From a virus (taxonomy: Duplodnaviria; Caudoviricetes), in the IMG/VR virus record IMGVR_UViG_3300020381_000016, positions 1 through 38,647 of that record: a stretch of 38,647 bases of DNA. One strand, 5' to 3'. Positions 26,998 to 35,519 of the stretch are shown here, piece by piece (the stretch's first letter is position 1; each line of letters begins with the position of its first letter). The notes beneath the pieces are model-generated. The model saw only the letters and a program-made list of their open reading frames with translations. It made no database searches and was not told where the DNA came from. Both the position numbers and the translations under genes were made by a program.

Positions 26998-27432
26998 ATG
27001 AACACACTAGCAAGGTATCACTCTGCAAACTTACCAGAGTTGATGAAAATTATTTCTAAGAATGGAATAGGTATGGACGATTACCTAGATCGTTTTTTCA
27101 ATTCTTATGAAACCACAACAAACTATCCACCTTACAATCTTGTACAAGTAAATAATACTGAGTCTCGGTTAGAGATTGCACTTGCTGGATTCAAAAAGGA
27201 GGAAGTTAATGTTTACACTGAATATGGAAAATTATTCGTTGAAGGAAAGAAAAAAGATAAAGAGGAAGGATCCGAGTATTTCCATCAAGGATTGGCTCAA
27301 CGATCTTTCAACAGAGCCTGGACACTTGCAGACGATTATGAAGTCAGGGATGTGTCATTGGAAGATGGACTCCTTACCGTCAAGTTGGGTAAAGTAGTTC
27401 CAGAACATCACACACGCAAAGACTACCTATAA
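26998..27432 (+). CDS. hsp20: Small heat shock protein (Hsp20/IbpA family)
   Basis: NYPPYNL, LEIALAGF, HQGLAQRSF and DGLL motifs; AAGGAG before ATG 26998. Confidence 0.95.
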   Translation: MNTLARYHSANLPELMKIISKNGIGMDDYLDRFFNSYETTTNYPPYNLVQVNNTESRLEIALAGFKKEEVNVYTEYGKLFVEGKKKDKEEGSEYFHQGLAQRSFNRAWTLADDYEVRDVSLEDGLLTVKLGKVVPEHHTRKDYL

Positions 27433-27450
27433 ATAAATCACATAGGATTA

Positions 27451-27487
27451 AAGGCCACTTGACTTTTGTTGAGTGGTCTTTTATAAT
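27451..27487 (+). promoter_or_regulatory. 13-bp terminator-like hairpin overlapping a sigma70 promoter; late promoter TATAAATA at 27428-27435
   Basis: AAGGCCACTTGAC-TTTT-GTTGAGTGGTCTT (27451-27480); TTGACT 27459-27464, 17 bp, TATAAT 27482-27487. Confidence 0.75.
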
Positions 27488-27507
27488 GTAAACAAAGAGT
27501 AAATTGT

Positions 27508-27867
27508 ATGTCTGTAAATTTAATTGTTCTAAAATCTGGTGAGGAATTAATAGCTGATGTAAAAGAAATTAAATCTGGAAACGAAGTGGTAGGATATTAT
27601 TTTGATGACCCTTTAAGATTAAATTTCAATCCAGAACAAGAACCAGAAGTTTTACATGAGAGTGAAAACACTCTTAAATATAATGCAAAGGTATCGATAA
27701 CGTTTTTTCCTTGGGTTCCCTTTGCAGCCCAAAGAAAACAAATACCATGTTCAGCAGATTGGATCGTTACGATTGTTGAACCACAAGAACAATTAATTAA
27801 ACTTTATGAGGAGAAAGTAAATGGAAGAAAAGAAAATGATCAAAGTCCTGTTGTTATCAACGGATGA
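27508..27867 (+). CDS. Conserved cyanophage hypothetical protein (possible Sm-like fold)
   Basis: LKSGEELIADVKE, FPWVP and DWIVTIVEP motifs; hsp20-to-gp43 synteny. Confidence 0.8.
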   Translation: MSVNLIVLKSGEELIADVKEIKSGNEVVGYYFDDPLRLNFNPEQEPEVLHESENTLKYNAKVSITFFPWVPFAAQRKQIPCSADWIVTIVEPQEQLIKLYEEKVNGRKENDQSPVVING

Positions 27868-28081
27868 AATTGTAATCTCAGAGATTGTTGAAGTTGATGC
27901 TTTGGTTGGAGATCCAAATTGCAAATTAACAAAACCTTACAAAATTGTAGGTGGTGATTTACATCGGTGGATGCAAGACTATACTGATCAAAGTGATATG
28001 ATGATTAGTTCTGAGAAGATTATAACTCTTGTTGATCCCAGCCCACTAATCATGGAAAAGTATTCTAAAGTGACTTCGTGA
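27821..28081 (+). CDS. Conserved cyanophage hypothetical protein (possible Sm-like fold)
   Basis: GDPNCKLTKPY and SEKIITLVDP motifs; coupled to gp43. Confidence 0.8.
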   Translation: MEEKKMIKVLLLSTDEIVISEIVEVDALVGDPNCKLTKPYKIVGGDLHRWMQDYTDQSDMMISSEKIITLVDPSPLIMEKYSKVTS

Positions 28082-30573
28082 AATTTTACACCAATATACA
28101 ACTCATAGGTAATCAGTTTCTGATTCGTGGATATGAGAATGGAAAGCACGTCACACATCGAGAAGAATGGAAACCAACTTTATTTGTTCCGTCCAAAAGA
28201 AAAACAAAATACAAGACCTTAGAAGGAGAGTCTGTTGAACCAATTCAACCAGGCTTTGTGAGAGATTGTCGTGAGTTTTATAAGAAGTATGATGAGGTTG
28301 ATAACTTTAAAATATATGGTAATGATCGATATGTTTATCAATATATTTCGGAGAAGTATCCAGAAGATCATATAAACTTCGACATCAAAAAGATTCGTCT
28401 TGTAACGATTGACATTGAGGTTGCTGCAGAGAGTGGTTTCCCTGATGTAGAGAATGTTGCAGAAGAATTGTTATTGATTAGTTTACAAGACTATGCAACT
28501 AAGAAGGTTACAACTTTTGGTTCAAGACCATTTGTAAACAAAGATCCAAATGTAAATTATATTTACTGCCAAAATGAATCTATCTTACTCTCTTCATTCT
28601 TAGCATACTGGAGAAAGAATCTTCCAGAAGTAATTACTGGTTGGAACTCTCAGATGTATGACATACCATATCTTGCTGGCAGAATCAATCGTATTCTTGG
28701 TGAGAAGTCAATGAAAGATCTTTCGCCTTGGGGTCTAGTATCTCAAGGAGAGATTTATATTAGTGGTCGTAAGAACATCACTTATGACATCGGTGGTGTA
28801 ACTCAACTTGATTATCTTGACTTATATAAAAGATTTACTTATACTAATCAAGAATCATATCGATTGGACTATATTGCCAACTATGAGTTGGGTGAAAAGA
28901 AACTTGATCACAATGAGTATGATACTTTTCGTGAGTTCTATACAAAAGATTGGAACAAGTTTGTTCGATACAATATCAAAGACGTTCAACTTGTTGACCG
29001 CATGGAAGATAAGTTGAAATTAATTGAACTTGCAGTTACAATGGCTTTTGATGCGAAAGTCAATTTTATTGATATTCATTACCAAGTCCGTATGTGGGAT
29101 ACAATTATCTATAACTATCTCAAGGAAAAGAATATTGTTATACCACCAAAGAAAAGAACATCAAAATCTGAAAAGTATGCAGGCGCTTATGTCAAGGAAC
29201 CGAAGCCAGGAAAGTATGATTGGGTGGTTAGTTTTGACCTCAACAGTCTTTATCCTCATCTTATTATGCAATATAATATTTCCCCAGAGACCCTCAAGGA
29301 TGTCAAACACCCAACAGCTACAGTTGATCGAATACTTCAAGAAGAGATAGACTTTCAACTTTATAAAGATAGTGCTGTATGTGCGAATGGTGCAATGTAT
29401 CGCACCGACATTCGTGGATTTCTACCAGAAATTATGGAGAAGATATACACTGAAAGAACAATCTATAAGAAGAAGATGCTCGTTGCGAAACAGAAGTATG
29501 AGGATACAAAAGATCCTAAACTTGTAAAAGATATCGCAACATTTAATAATATCCAGATGGCTCGTAAGATCCAACTGAACTCTGCTTATGGTGCGATTGG
29601 TAATGAATACTTTCGTTACTACAAACTTGAAAATGCAGAAGCTATTACTTTGTCTGGTCAGGTTTCAATCCGTTGGATTGAAGATCGGATGAATAATTAT
29701 CTAAACAAAATACTCAAAACTAAGGATGAAGATTATGTTATTGCTGTTGATACTGATTCTATCTATTTGCATCTGGGCCCTCTGGTCGAAGTTATATACA
29801 AAGAACGAGAGAAGAATGTTGAAAGTATTGTCTCGTTCCTTAATAAGATCTGTGAGGTGGAATTTGAAAAGTATATATCGAGTTCTTACGAAAAGTTGGC
29901 CTCCTACGTCAACGCTTATGAGCAGAAGATGATCATGAAGCGAGAGAACATCGCTGATCGTGGAATCTGGACTGCAAAGAAAAGATACATCTTGAATGTC
30001 TGGGATAGTGAAGGTGTTCGTTATGCAGAACCTAAACTAAAGATGATGGGTATTGAAGCAGTTAAGTCATCAACGCCTGCACCTTGTCGTCAGATGATTA
30101 AGGATGTTCTTAAATTAATTATGACAAAGACTGAAGATGATGTAATTGATTTTATTGATCAATGCAGAACTAAATTCAGTTCGTTACCACCAGAGGATAT
30201 ATCATTCCCAAGAACCGTGAGTAACGTGAAGAAGTATCGAAGTGTCAATGCGATCTATGAAAAGGGAACACCGATTCATGCTCGTGGCGCCCTTCTTTTC
30301 AATCATTATGTAAAGAAGAATCAACTCACACAAAAGTATTCTTTAATTAATAATGGCGAGAAGATTAAATTTTGTTATCTTAAGAGACCAAATCCGATAC
30401 AGGAGAATGTAATATCATTCATTCAACAATTTCCAGAGGAACTAAACCTTGACAAATACATAGATTATGATCTACAATTTGAGAAGTCGTTCCTTGAACC
30501 TCTCAAGATCATCCTCCAATCGATTGGATGGGAGTCTGAGAGAAGAGTAAACTTAGAATCATTTTTTGTATAA
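28078..30573 (+). CDS. gp43: Family B DNA polymerase (T4 gp43)
   Basis: Exonuclease DIE; polymerase FDLNSLYP, KIQLNSAYG, DTDS and KKRY motifs; GTG start; uninterrupted. Confidence 0.98.
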   Translation: MKFYTNIQLIGNQFLIRGYENGKHVTHREEWKPTLFVPSKRKTKYKTLEGESVEPIQPGFVRDCREFYKKYDEVDNFKIYGNDRYVYQYISEKYPEDHINFDIKKIRLVTIDIEVAAESGFPDVENVAEELLLISLQDYATKKVTTFGSRPFVNKDPNVNYIYCQNESILLSSFLAYWRKNLPEVITGWNSQMYDIPYLAGRINRILGEKSMKDLSPWGLVSQGEIYISGRKNITYDIGGVTQLDYLDLYKRFTYTNQESYRLDYIANYELGEKKLDHNEYDTFREFYTKDWNKFVRYNIKDVQLVDRMEDKLKLIELAVTMAFDAKVNFIDIHYQVRMWDTIIYNYLKEKNIVIPPKKRTSKSEKYAGAYVKEPKPGKYDWVVSFDLNSLYPHLIMQYNISPETLKDVKHPTATVDRILQEEIDFQLYKDSAVCANGAMYRTDIRGFLPEIMEKIYTERTIYKKKMLVAKQKYEDTKDPKLVKDIATFNNIQMARKIQLNSAYGAIGNEYFRYYKLENAEAITLSGQVSIRWIEDRMNNYLNKILKTKDEDYVIAVDTDSIYLHLGPLVEVIYKEREKNVESIVSFLNKICEVEFEKYISSSYEKLASYVNAYEQKMIMKRENIADRGIWTAKKRYILNVWDSEGVRYAEPKLKMMGIEAVKSSTPAPCRQMIKDVLKLIMTKTEDDVIDFIDQCRTKFSSLPPEDISFPRTVSNVKKYRSVNAIYEKGTPIHARGALLFNHYVKKNQLTQKYSLINNGEKIKFCYLKRPNPIQENVISFIQQFPEELNLDKYIDYDLQFEKSFLEPLKIILQSIGWESERRVNLESFFV

Positions 30574-30752
30574 TGGACTTACCTATCAATGATAAAGAAC
30601 TAGACTTGTTAGTCTGGATGTCTGAATCCACCTCTGGTGGCGGTGCAGATGAACTTCATAGAAAATTGAAGTTAGTAAAAGAAGTTAGAGACGAGAACCC
30701 TGGCGGGCCTTATAAAAGAATACTTCGTGAAAAACATGGGATGGTAATTTAA
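30573..30752 (+). CDS. Small hypothetical protein (59 aa; not in ORF track)
   Basis: MDLPINDKELD...NPGGPYKRILREKHGMVI; TAATG overlaps with both gp43 and uvsX. Confidence 0.75.
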   Translation: MDLPINDKELDLLVWMSESTSGGGADELHRKLKLVKEVRDENPGGPYKRILREKHGMVI

Positions 30753-31756
30753 TGGATTTTTTAAAAGAAATAGTAAAAGAGATCGGAGATGAATATACAC
30801 AGATTGCGTCAGATATTGACGAAACTGAAAGATTCATTGATACAGGATCCTACATTTTTAATGGACTCATTAGTGGGTCTATTCTTGGCGGGGTTAGCAG
30901 CAATCGTATTACTGCCATTGCTGGTGAGTCGTCTACTGGTAAAACTTATTTCTCACTTGCTGTTGTCAAGAACTTTCTGGACACTAACCCTGATGGGTAT
31001 TGTCTCTATTTTGACACTGAAGCAGCAGTCAATAAAGGATTACTGGAGTCTCGTGGAGTTGATACAACACGGTTGGTTGTTGTCAATGTCGTAACAATTG
31101 AAGAATTTAGAACGAAGGCACTTAAAGCCGTAGATATATACCTTAAGACAGATGAGGCAGATCGCAAACCTTGTATGTTTGTATTGGATTCTCTTGGTAT
31201 GTTATCCACAGAGAAAGAGATTCGTGATGCGTTGGATGATAAACAAGTAAGAGACATGACCAAATCTCAACTTGTTAAGGGTGCCTTTAGAATGCTTACT
31301 TTAAAACTTGGTCAAGCAAACATTCCACTAATAGTTACCAATCATACCTATGACGTTATCGGATCTTACTTCCCTACAAAAGAAATGGGTGGAGGCAGCG
31401 GTCTCAAGTACGCAGCATCTACAATCATATATCTCTCAAAGAAAAAAGAGAAGGACGGAAAAGAAGTCATTGGAAACATTATCAAAGCAAAGACTCATAA
31501 ATCACGTCTAAGTAAAGAGAACAAGGAAGTTGAAATACGATTATACTACGACGAGCGTGGACTGGACAGGTATTACGGATTACTGGAACTGGGTGAGAAA
31601 CATGGAGTTTTTTCCAGAAAAGGCAATCGTATTGTTGTCGGTGATACTTCCGTTTATCCTTCTGCTATACTTGCTGATCCAGATAAGTATTTCACAGAAG
31701 ACGTAATTCAAAAATTAGAAGAAGCCGCAAATGAAGAATTTAGTTATGGGGAATGA
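30752..31756 (+). CDS. uvsX: RecA-like recombinase UvsX
   Basis: AGESSTGKT, FDTE, LDSLG and MGGGSGLKYAAS motifs. Confidence 0.96.
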   Translation: MDFLKEIVKEIGDEYTQIASDIDETERFIDTGSYIFNGLISGSILGGVSSNRITAIAGESSTGKTYFSLAVVKNFLDTNPDGYCLYFDTEAAVNKGLLESRGVDTTRLVVVNVVTIEEFRTKALKAVDIYLKTDEADRKPCMFVLDSLGMLSTEKEIRDALDDKQVRDMTKSQLVKGAFRMLTLKLGQANIPLIVTNHTYDVIGSYFPTKEMGGGSGLKYAASTIIYLSKKKEKDGKEVIGNIIKAKTHKSRLSKENKEVEIRLYYDERGLDRYYGLLELGEKHGVFSRKGNRIVVGDTSVYPSAILADPDKYFTEDVIQKLEEAANEEFSYGE

Positions 31757-32270
31757 CTACATCGAAACCTACGATGATGTCTTCTCCAAATCTACATGTT
31801 CTGAATTGATTAAATTAGTTGAAGAAAAGAATGAAAGAGTTGAAAACGAACATAAACCTAATTTCTATCAAAGGAACATAGGTAACATGCCAGAGTATTC
31901 TGGTATGTATAAAAAATTTTCTGAACTAGGAATGAATTATCTTAAAGAGTTGGGATACTCTGATGATTTATTGCCTAGTAAATATGGATTTGAAGAACTT
32001 CGTATTAAAAAATATGATGTCGGAGATTCATTTGATAAACATGTTGATGTTGCAGATTATAAATCTGCACGAAGATGGATTGCCTTTTTGGTATATTTGA
32101 ACGATAATTTTACTGGTGGTGAAACTGAGTTCTATCCACATCAACAAGTCATCCACCCTAAGACTGGTAGAGTCTTAGTGTTCCCATGCGTATGGACTTA
32201 TCCTCATGCTGGTCTACCAATTGTATCAGGTACAAAGTATATCATGACTACCTATTTTCATTATATTTAA
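31746..32270 (+). CDS. 2OG-Fe(II) oxygenase (prolyl-4-hydroxylase-like)
   Basis: HVD...YLND..GGETEF...FP..W.YPH.G....G.KY motif pattern. Confidence 0.9.
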   Translation: MGNDYIETYDDVFSKSTCSELIKLVEEKNERVENEHKPNFYQRNIGNMPEYSGMYKKFSELGMNYLKELGYSDDLLPSKYGFEELRIKKYDVGDSFDKHVDVADYKSARRWIAFLVYLNDNFTGGETEFYPHQQVIHPKTGRVLVFPCVWTYPHAGLPIVSGTKYIMTTYFHYI

Positions 32271-33647
32271 ATGGATCGTATTGAAAAAGTTATCCTAAGA
32301 AATTTAGTTTACAACGAAGAATATCTCAGAAAAGTTATACCTTTTATTGAACCAGATTACTTCAATGAACGTAACGAGAGAGTTGTATTTGAACATATTA
32401 CTAAATATGTAGCAGAGTACAATAACTTAATTACAAAAGAAGTACTACTCATTGAAATTGAAGACAGACGTGATATCACGCAAGAAGAAGTCAAGAATAT
32501 AAACGGAACGATAAATGAACTGGAAGATATTGAATGCGATCTTGAATGGTTGAGTGACACGACAGAGAAATGGTGTCGTGATCGTGCAATTTATCTGGCT
32601 CTAATGGAGTCAATCAAAATTGCAGATGGTCAAGATGATAAACAAAACCGAGACGCAATACCAACAATACTATCAGACGCTTTATCTGTTTCTTTTAATC
32701 GTAATGTAGGTCACGATTACTTGGAGGACTATGAAGAAAGATACGAACTCTACAATAGGAAAGAAAGTCGGATACAATTCGACCTCGAATATTTTAATAA
32801 GATTACAAAAGGAGGCATCCCAAACAAGACGCTCAATATCGCACTTGCAGGCACTGGGGTTGGTAAATCTCTGTTTATGTGTCATCATGCTAGTTCTGTT
32901 CTCTTAGAAGGAAAGAACGTTTTATACATAACATTAGAAATGGCAGAGGAAAAGATTGCAGAAAGAATTGATGCAAATCTTTTAAATGTAAACATACAAG
33001 AGATTACTGATTTACCAAAACCAATCTTTGAAAGTAAGGTAACTAATCTTGCAAAGAAGACTCAAGGATCACTTATCATCAAAGAATATCCGACTGCATC
33101 TGCTCACTCAGGTCACTTCAAGGCTTTACTTAATGAACTAGCATTGAAAAAGTCTTTCAAACCTGATATAATATTCATAGATTACTTAAACATATGTGCA
33201 TCGTCACGTTACAAGGCTGGATCAAATGTTAACTCGTATTCCTATATTAAGGCGATTGCTGAAGAGCTCAGGGGTCTTGCAGTTGAGGCTAATGTTCCTA
33301 TCTTCTCCGCTACTCAGACGACTCGCTCTGGTTTTGCTAGCAGTGATGTGGATCTTACTGATACAAGCGAGTCATTCGGTCTTCCTGCCACTGCTGATCT
33401 TATGTTCGCTCTTATTAGTACGGAGGAGCTTGAGGGGTTGGGACAAATAATGGTTAAACAACTCAAGAACAGATACAATGACCCGACTTATAATCGTAGA
33501 TTTGTGATTGGAGTTGATCGTGCAAAGATGAGATTATATGATTGTGAACAGGCTGCACAAGATGATTTACTTGACAGTGGACAGGAAGTCGAGTATAATG
33601 AGAACGAAGAAAAAACAACTAAAAAGTTTGCCCAATTCAAATTCTAA
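32271..33647 (+). CDS. gp41: Replicative DNA helicase (T4 gp41, DnaB-like)
   Basis: AGTGVGKS, TLEMAEE, IDYLNI, SATQTTR and QLKNRY motifs. Confidence 0.97.
   Translation: MDRIEKVILRNLVYNEEYLRKVIPFIEPDYFNERNERVVFEHITKYVAEYNNLITKEVLLIEIEDRRDITQEEVKNINGTINELEDIECDLEWLSDTTEKWCRDRAIYLALMESIKIADGQDDKQNRDAIPTILSDALSVSFNRNVGHDYLEDYEERYELYNRKESRIQFDLEYFNKITKGGIPNKTLNIALAGTGVGKSLFMCHHASSVLLEGKNVLYITLEMAEEKIAERIDANLLNVNIQEITDLPKPIFESKVTNLAKKTQGSLIIKEYPTASAHSGHFKALLNELALKKSFKPDIIFIDYLNICASSRYKAGSNVNSYSYIKAIAEELRGLAVEANVPIFSATQTTRSGFASSDVDLTDTSESFGLPATADLMFALISTEELEGLGQIMVKQLKNRYNDPTYNRRFVIGVDRAKMRLYDCEQAAQDDLLDSGQEVEYNENEEKTTKKFAQFKF
33571..33599 (+). promoter_or_regulatory. Consensus sigma70 promoter inside the gp41 3' end, upstream of mazG
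   Basis: TTGACA (33571-33576), 17 bp, TATAAT (33594-33599). Confidence 0.8.
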
Positions 33648-33648
33648 T

Positions 33649-34110
33649 ATGTCTGGAGACTACAACACACATAACGATCAACAACCAAACATCAATTACA
33701 CAGATCATACCGTTGACCTTTCTAAGTACGCTGTATTCGTGGATGGTGTCACATCCGATCCCAGTAAAGATTATCAATCTTTTATTGAGAGTCTTAGTTC
33801 CCTTGATGGACAGGGTTCCAATATTCACAGGCTTCTTACTGCTGCTGTTGGCGTTAGTGCTGAAGGTGGTGAGTTTATGGAGATCGTTAAGAAGTTGGTT
33901 TTCCAAGGTAAGCCTTGGGACGACTACAATCGAAAACATCTTATTATTGAGTTGGGTGACGTTATGTGGTATGTGATGCAGGCATGTATGGCATTGAATA
34001 TTACACTTGATGATGTGATTGCTGGTAATGTCAAGAAGTTGGAGAAGAGATATCCTGGCGGAGAGTTTGATGTTTACAAATCAGAAAATCGTGCAACAGA
34101 TGATCTCTAA
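33649..34110 (+). CDS. mazG: MazG-family nucleotide pyrophosphohydrolase
   Basis: AEGGEFMEIVKK, ELGDVMWY and KLEKRYPGG motifs; start moved to ATG 33649. Confidence 0.92.
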   Translation: MSGDYNTHNDQQPNINYTDHTVDLSKYAVFVDGVTSDPSKDYQSFIESLSSLDGQGSNIHRLLTAAVGVSAEGGEFMEIVKKLVFQGKPWDDYNRKHLIIELGDVMWYVMQACMALNITLDDVIAGNVKKLEKRYPGGEFDVYKSENRATDDL

Positions 34111-34139
34111 ATAGATAAGATAATATTTCATAGAATAGG

Positions 34140-35246
34140 ATGGCGAAAAGAAACGAAGGAGATATTATGGAGGGAATATTTTCCATAGGTCTTGCTGATT
34201 TGTTTGCTAATAATGCTGTAAGTAAAGGTAGAGTTAACACTGTTCGTGGTAAGATTGACACCAGTTTGTTTAGAACTGGTGCTTTTAATTATCAATACTC
34301 TTCAAGAGAAGTTCCACCTGACCCAGACATAGTTCAAATTAATTTACAAGTAAGATTGAAACAAGGATCAGTATGGGAAGCATATGGCCCTGATTGGAAG
34401 ATGATGTATGATAGAGTTGGTGATATTGGTAATTTAGATAATAAAATACAGCAGATAATCGATACTTTAAATACAAATTATAGAAAAAAAATTGTTGATG
34501 CAAAGAATACATGGTTGACTAATAATCAATCGGATGAGGTTAAAGTTGATATCATCGCTGACGGCATGGAAGGTGAACAAACTGGTGGTCAAATTAAAGC
34601 TGATGTCATGGTTAAAATCAATATGAATGGTGATAATATTATTGATGAACAAATGAATTTTTCTTTAAAATCTGGAAGTTCAACAGTTGCAAATTTAAGT
34701 CCATACACAGGATTGTTAGATGTAATAAGTAGACTAGGTGTTGATTTAGGGCCAAGAGAACAGAGATACCGTAGACTTCTTGGTGAATTGTTATCAACTG
34801 CTAGATCACCAGCTGAGAAGAGAGCAAAAATTAAATTGGCTCAAATGTTTTATTCGGATGTTATGAAAGGTATTGATAAAGCTGCTAGATCAAGTCCAAG
34901 TAAATTTAAGACTGCTGTGTTCGACATGTTTAGAAGATCAACATTTGGAAGTGATTTAGCTGATGTGATTGATGTTGATAAAACTAAAATTAAAGAGATA
35001 ACTCCTGACTATATTAATCAATTAGAATCGACAACAGGTAACATACGAGTGGGTCAAGATAATGCAGCAGTTCAAGGTAGAAAATTTTTTATGACAGGAA
35101 TTAATGCGCCAAAAGGTGAGTTAATGTCCTTTAGATTTAAAAAAAGACTTGTTGGAAGTGGTGATGATTTAAAAATAAAAGAGTTAAAGTTTTTTATAAT
35201 GTCTGGAACTGGTGCATATATACCAAAAGAAAAGAAAAAAAAGTAG
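34140..35246 (+). CDS. Hypothetical protein, possible PD-(D/E)xK-like nuclease
   Basis: N-terminal EGDIMEG helix and KADV...FSLK motif; late promoter variant TCTAAATA at 34106-34113. Confidence 0.55.
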   Translation: MAKRNEGDIMEGIFSIGLADLFANNAVSKGRVNTVRGKIDTSLFRTGAFNYQYSSREVPPDPDIVQINLQVRLKQGSVWEAYGPDWKMMYDRVGDIGNLDNKIQQIIDTLNTNYRKKIVDAKNTWLTNNQSDEVKVDIIADGMEGEQTGGQIKADVMVKINMNGDNIIDEQMNFSLKSGSSTVANLSPYTGLLDVISRLGVDLGPREQRYRRLLGELLSTARSPAEKRAKIKLAQMFYSDVMKGIDKAARSSPSKFKTAVFDMFRRSTFGSDLADVIDVDKTKIKEITPDYINQLESTTGNIRVGQDNAAVQGRKFFMTGINAPKGELMSFRFKKRLVGSGDDLKIKELKFFIMSGTGAYIPKEKKKK

Positions 35247-35303
35247 ATTAACCGCAAATAGTGTGTTATAATAAAAATAAATAAACTTAGTTACTTATAT
35301 CAC

Positions 35304-35519
35304 ATGATTAATTTGCGTGAAGACATTTTAAAGAATCAAATCACATACTACAATGGTTTGATTGCTAAACATCAACAGAACGTTGAGATCTATCTCAATC
35401 AACCTGTAGGTATTGGTGAACATTCAGATGTCATGTCAGCAATAGAGACAGAGATCACTGCTATTGCACAAGCACATGAGAAGATAGAAGTTATAAATCA
35501 TTACTTTCTTAACAGATAG
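35304..35519 (+). CDS. Small conserved helical phage protein
   Basis: NVEIYLNQPVGIGEHSD motif; TGtTATAAT at 35264-35272 upstream. Confidence 0.8.
   Translation: MINLREDILKNQITYYNGLIAKHQQNVEIYLNQPVGIGEHSDVMSAIETEITAIAQAHEKIEVINHYFLNR

Noticed and set aside
33552-33560. GCTGCACAA as a third copy of the early-promoter element
   Set aside because: It encodes Ala-Ala-Gln in gp41, lacks the GAC..TTAA half, has different spacing to the -10 box, and that promoter already has a perfect -35 box.
28078-33647. Inteins, introns or split genes in gp43, uvsX or gp41
   Set aside because: The ORFs are continuous, of normal length, and show no splicing or homing-endonuclease motifs.
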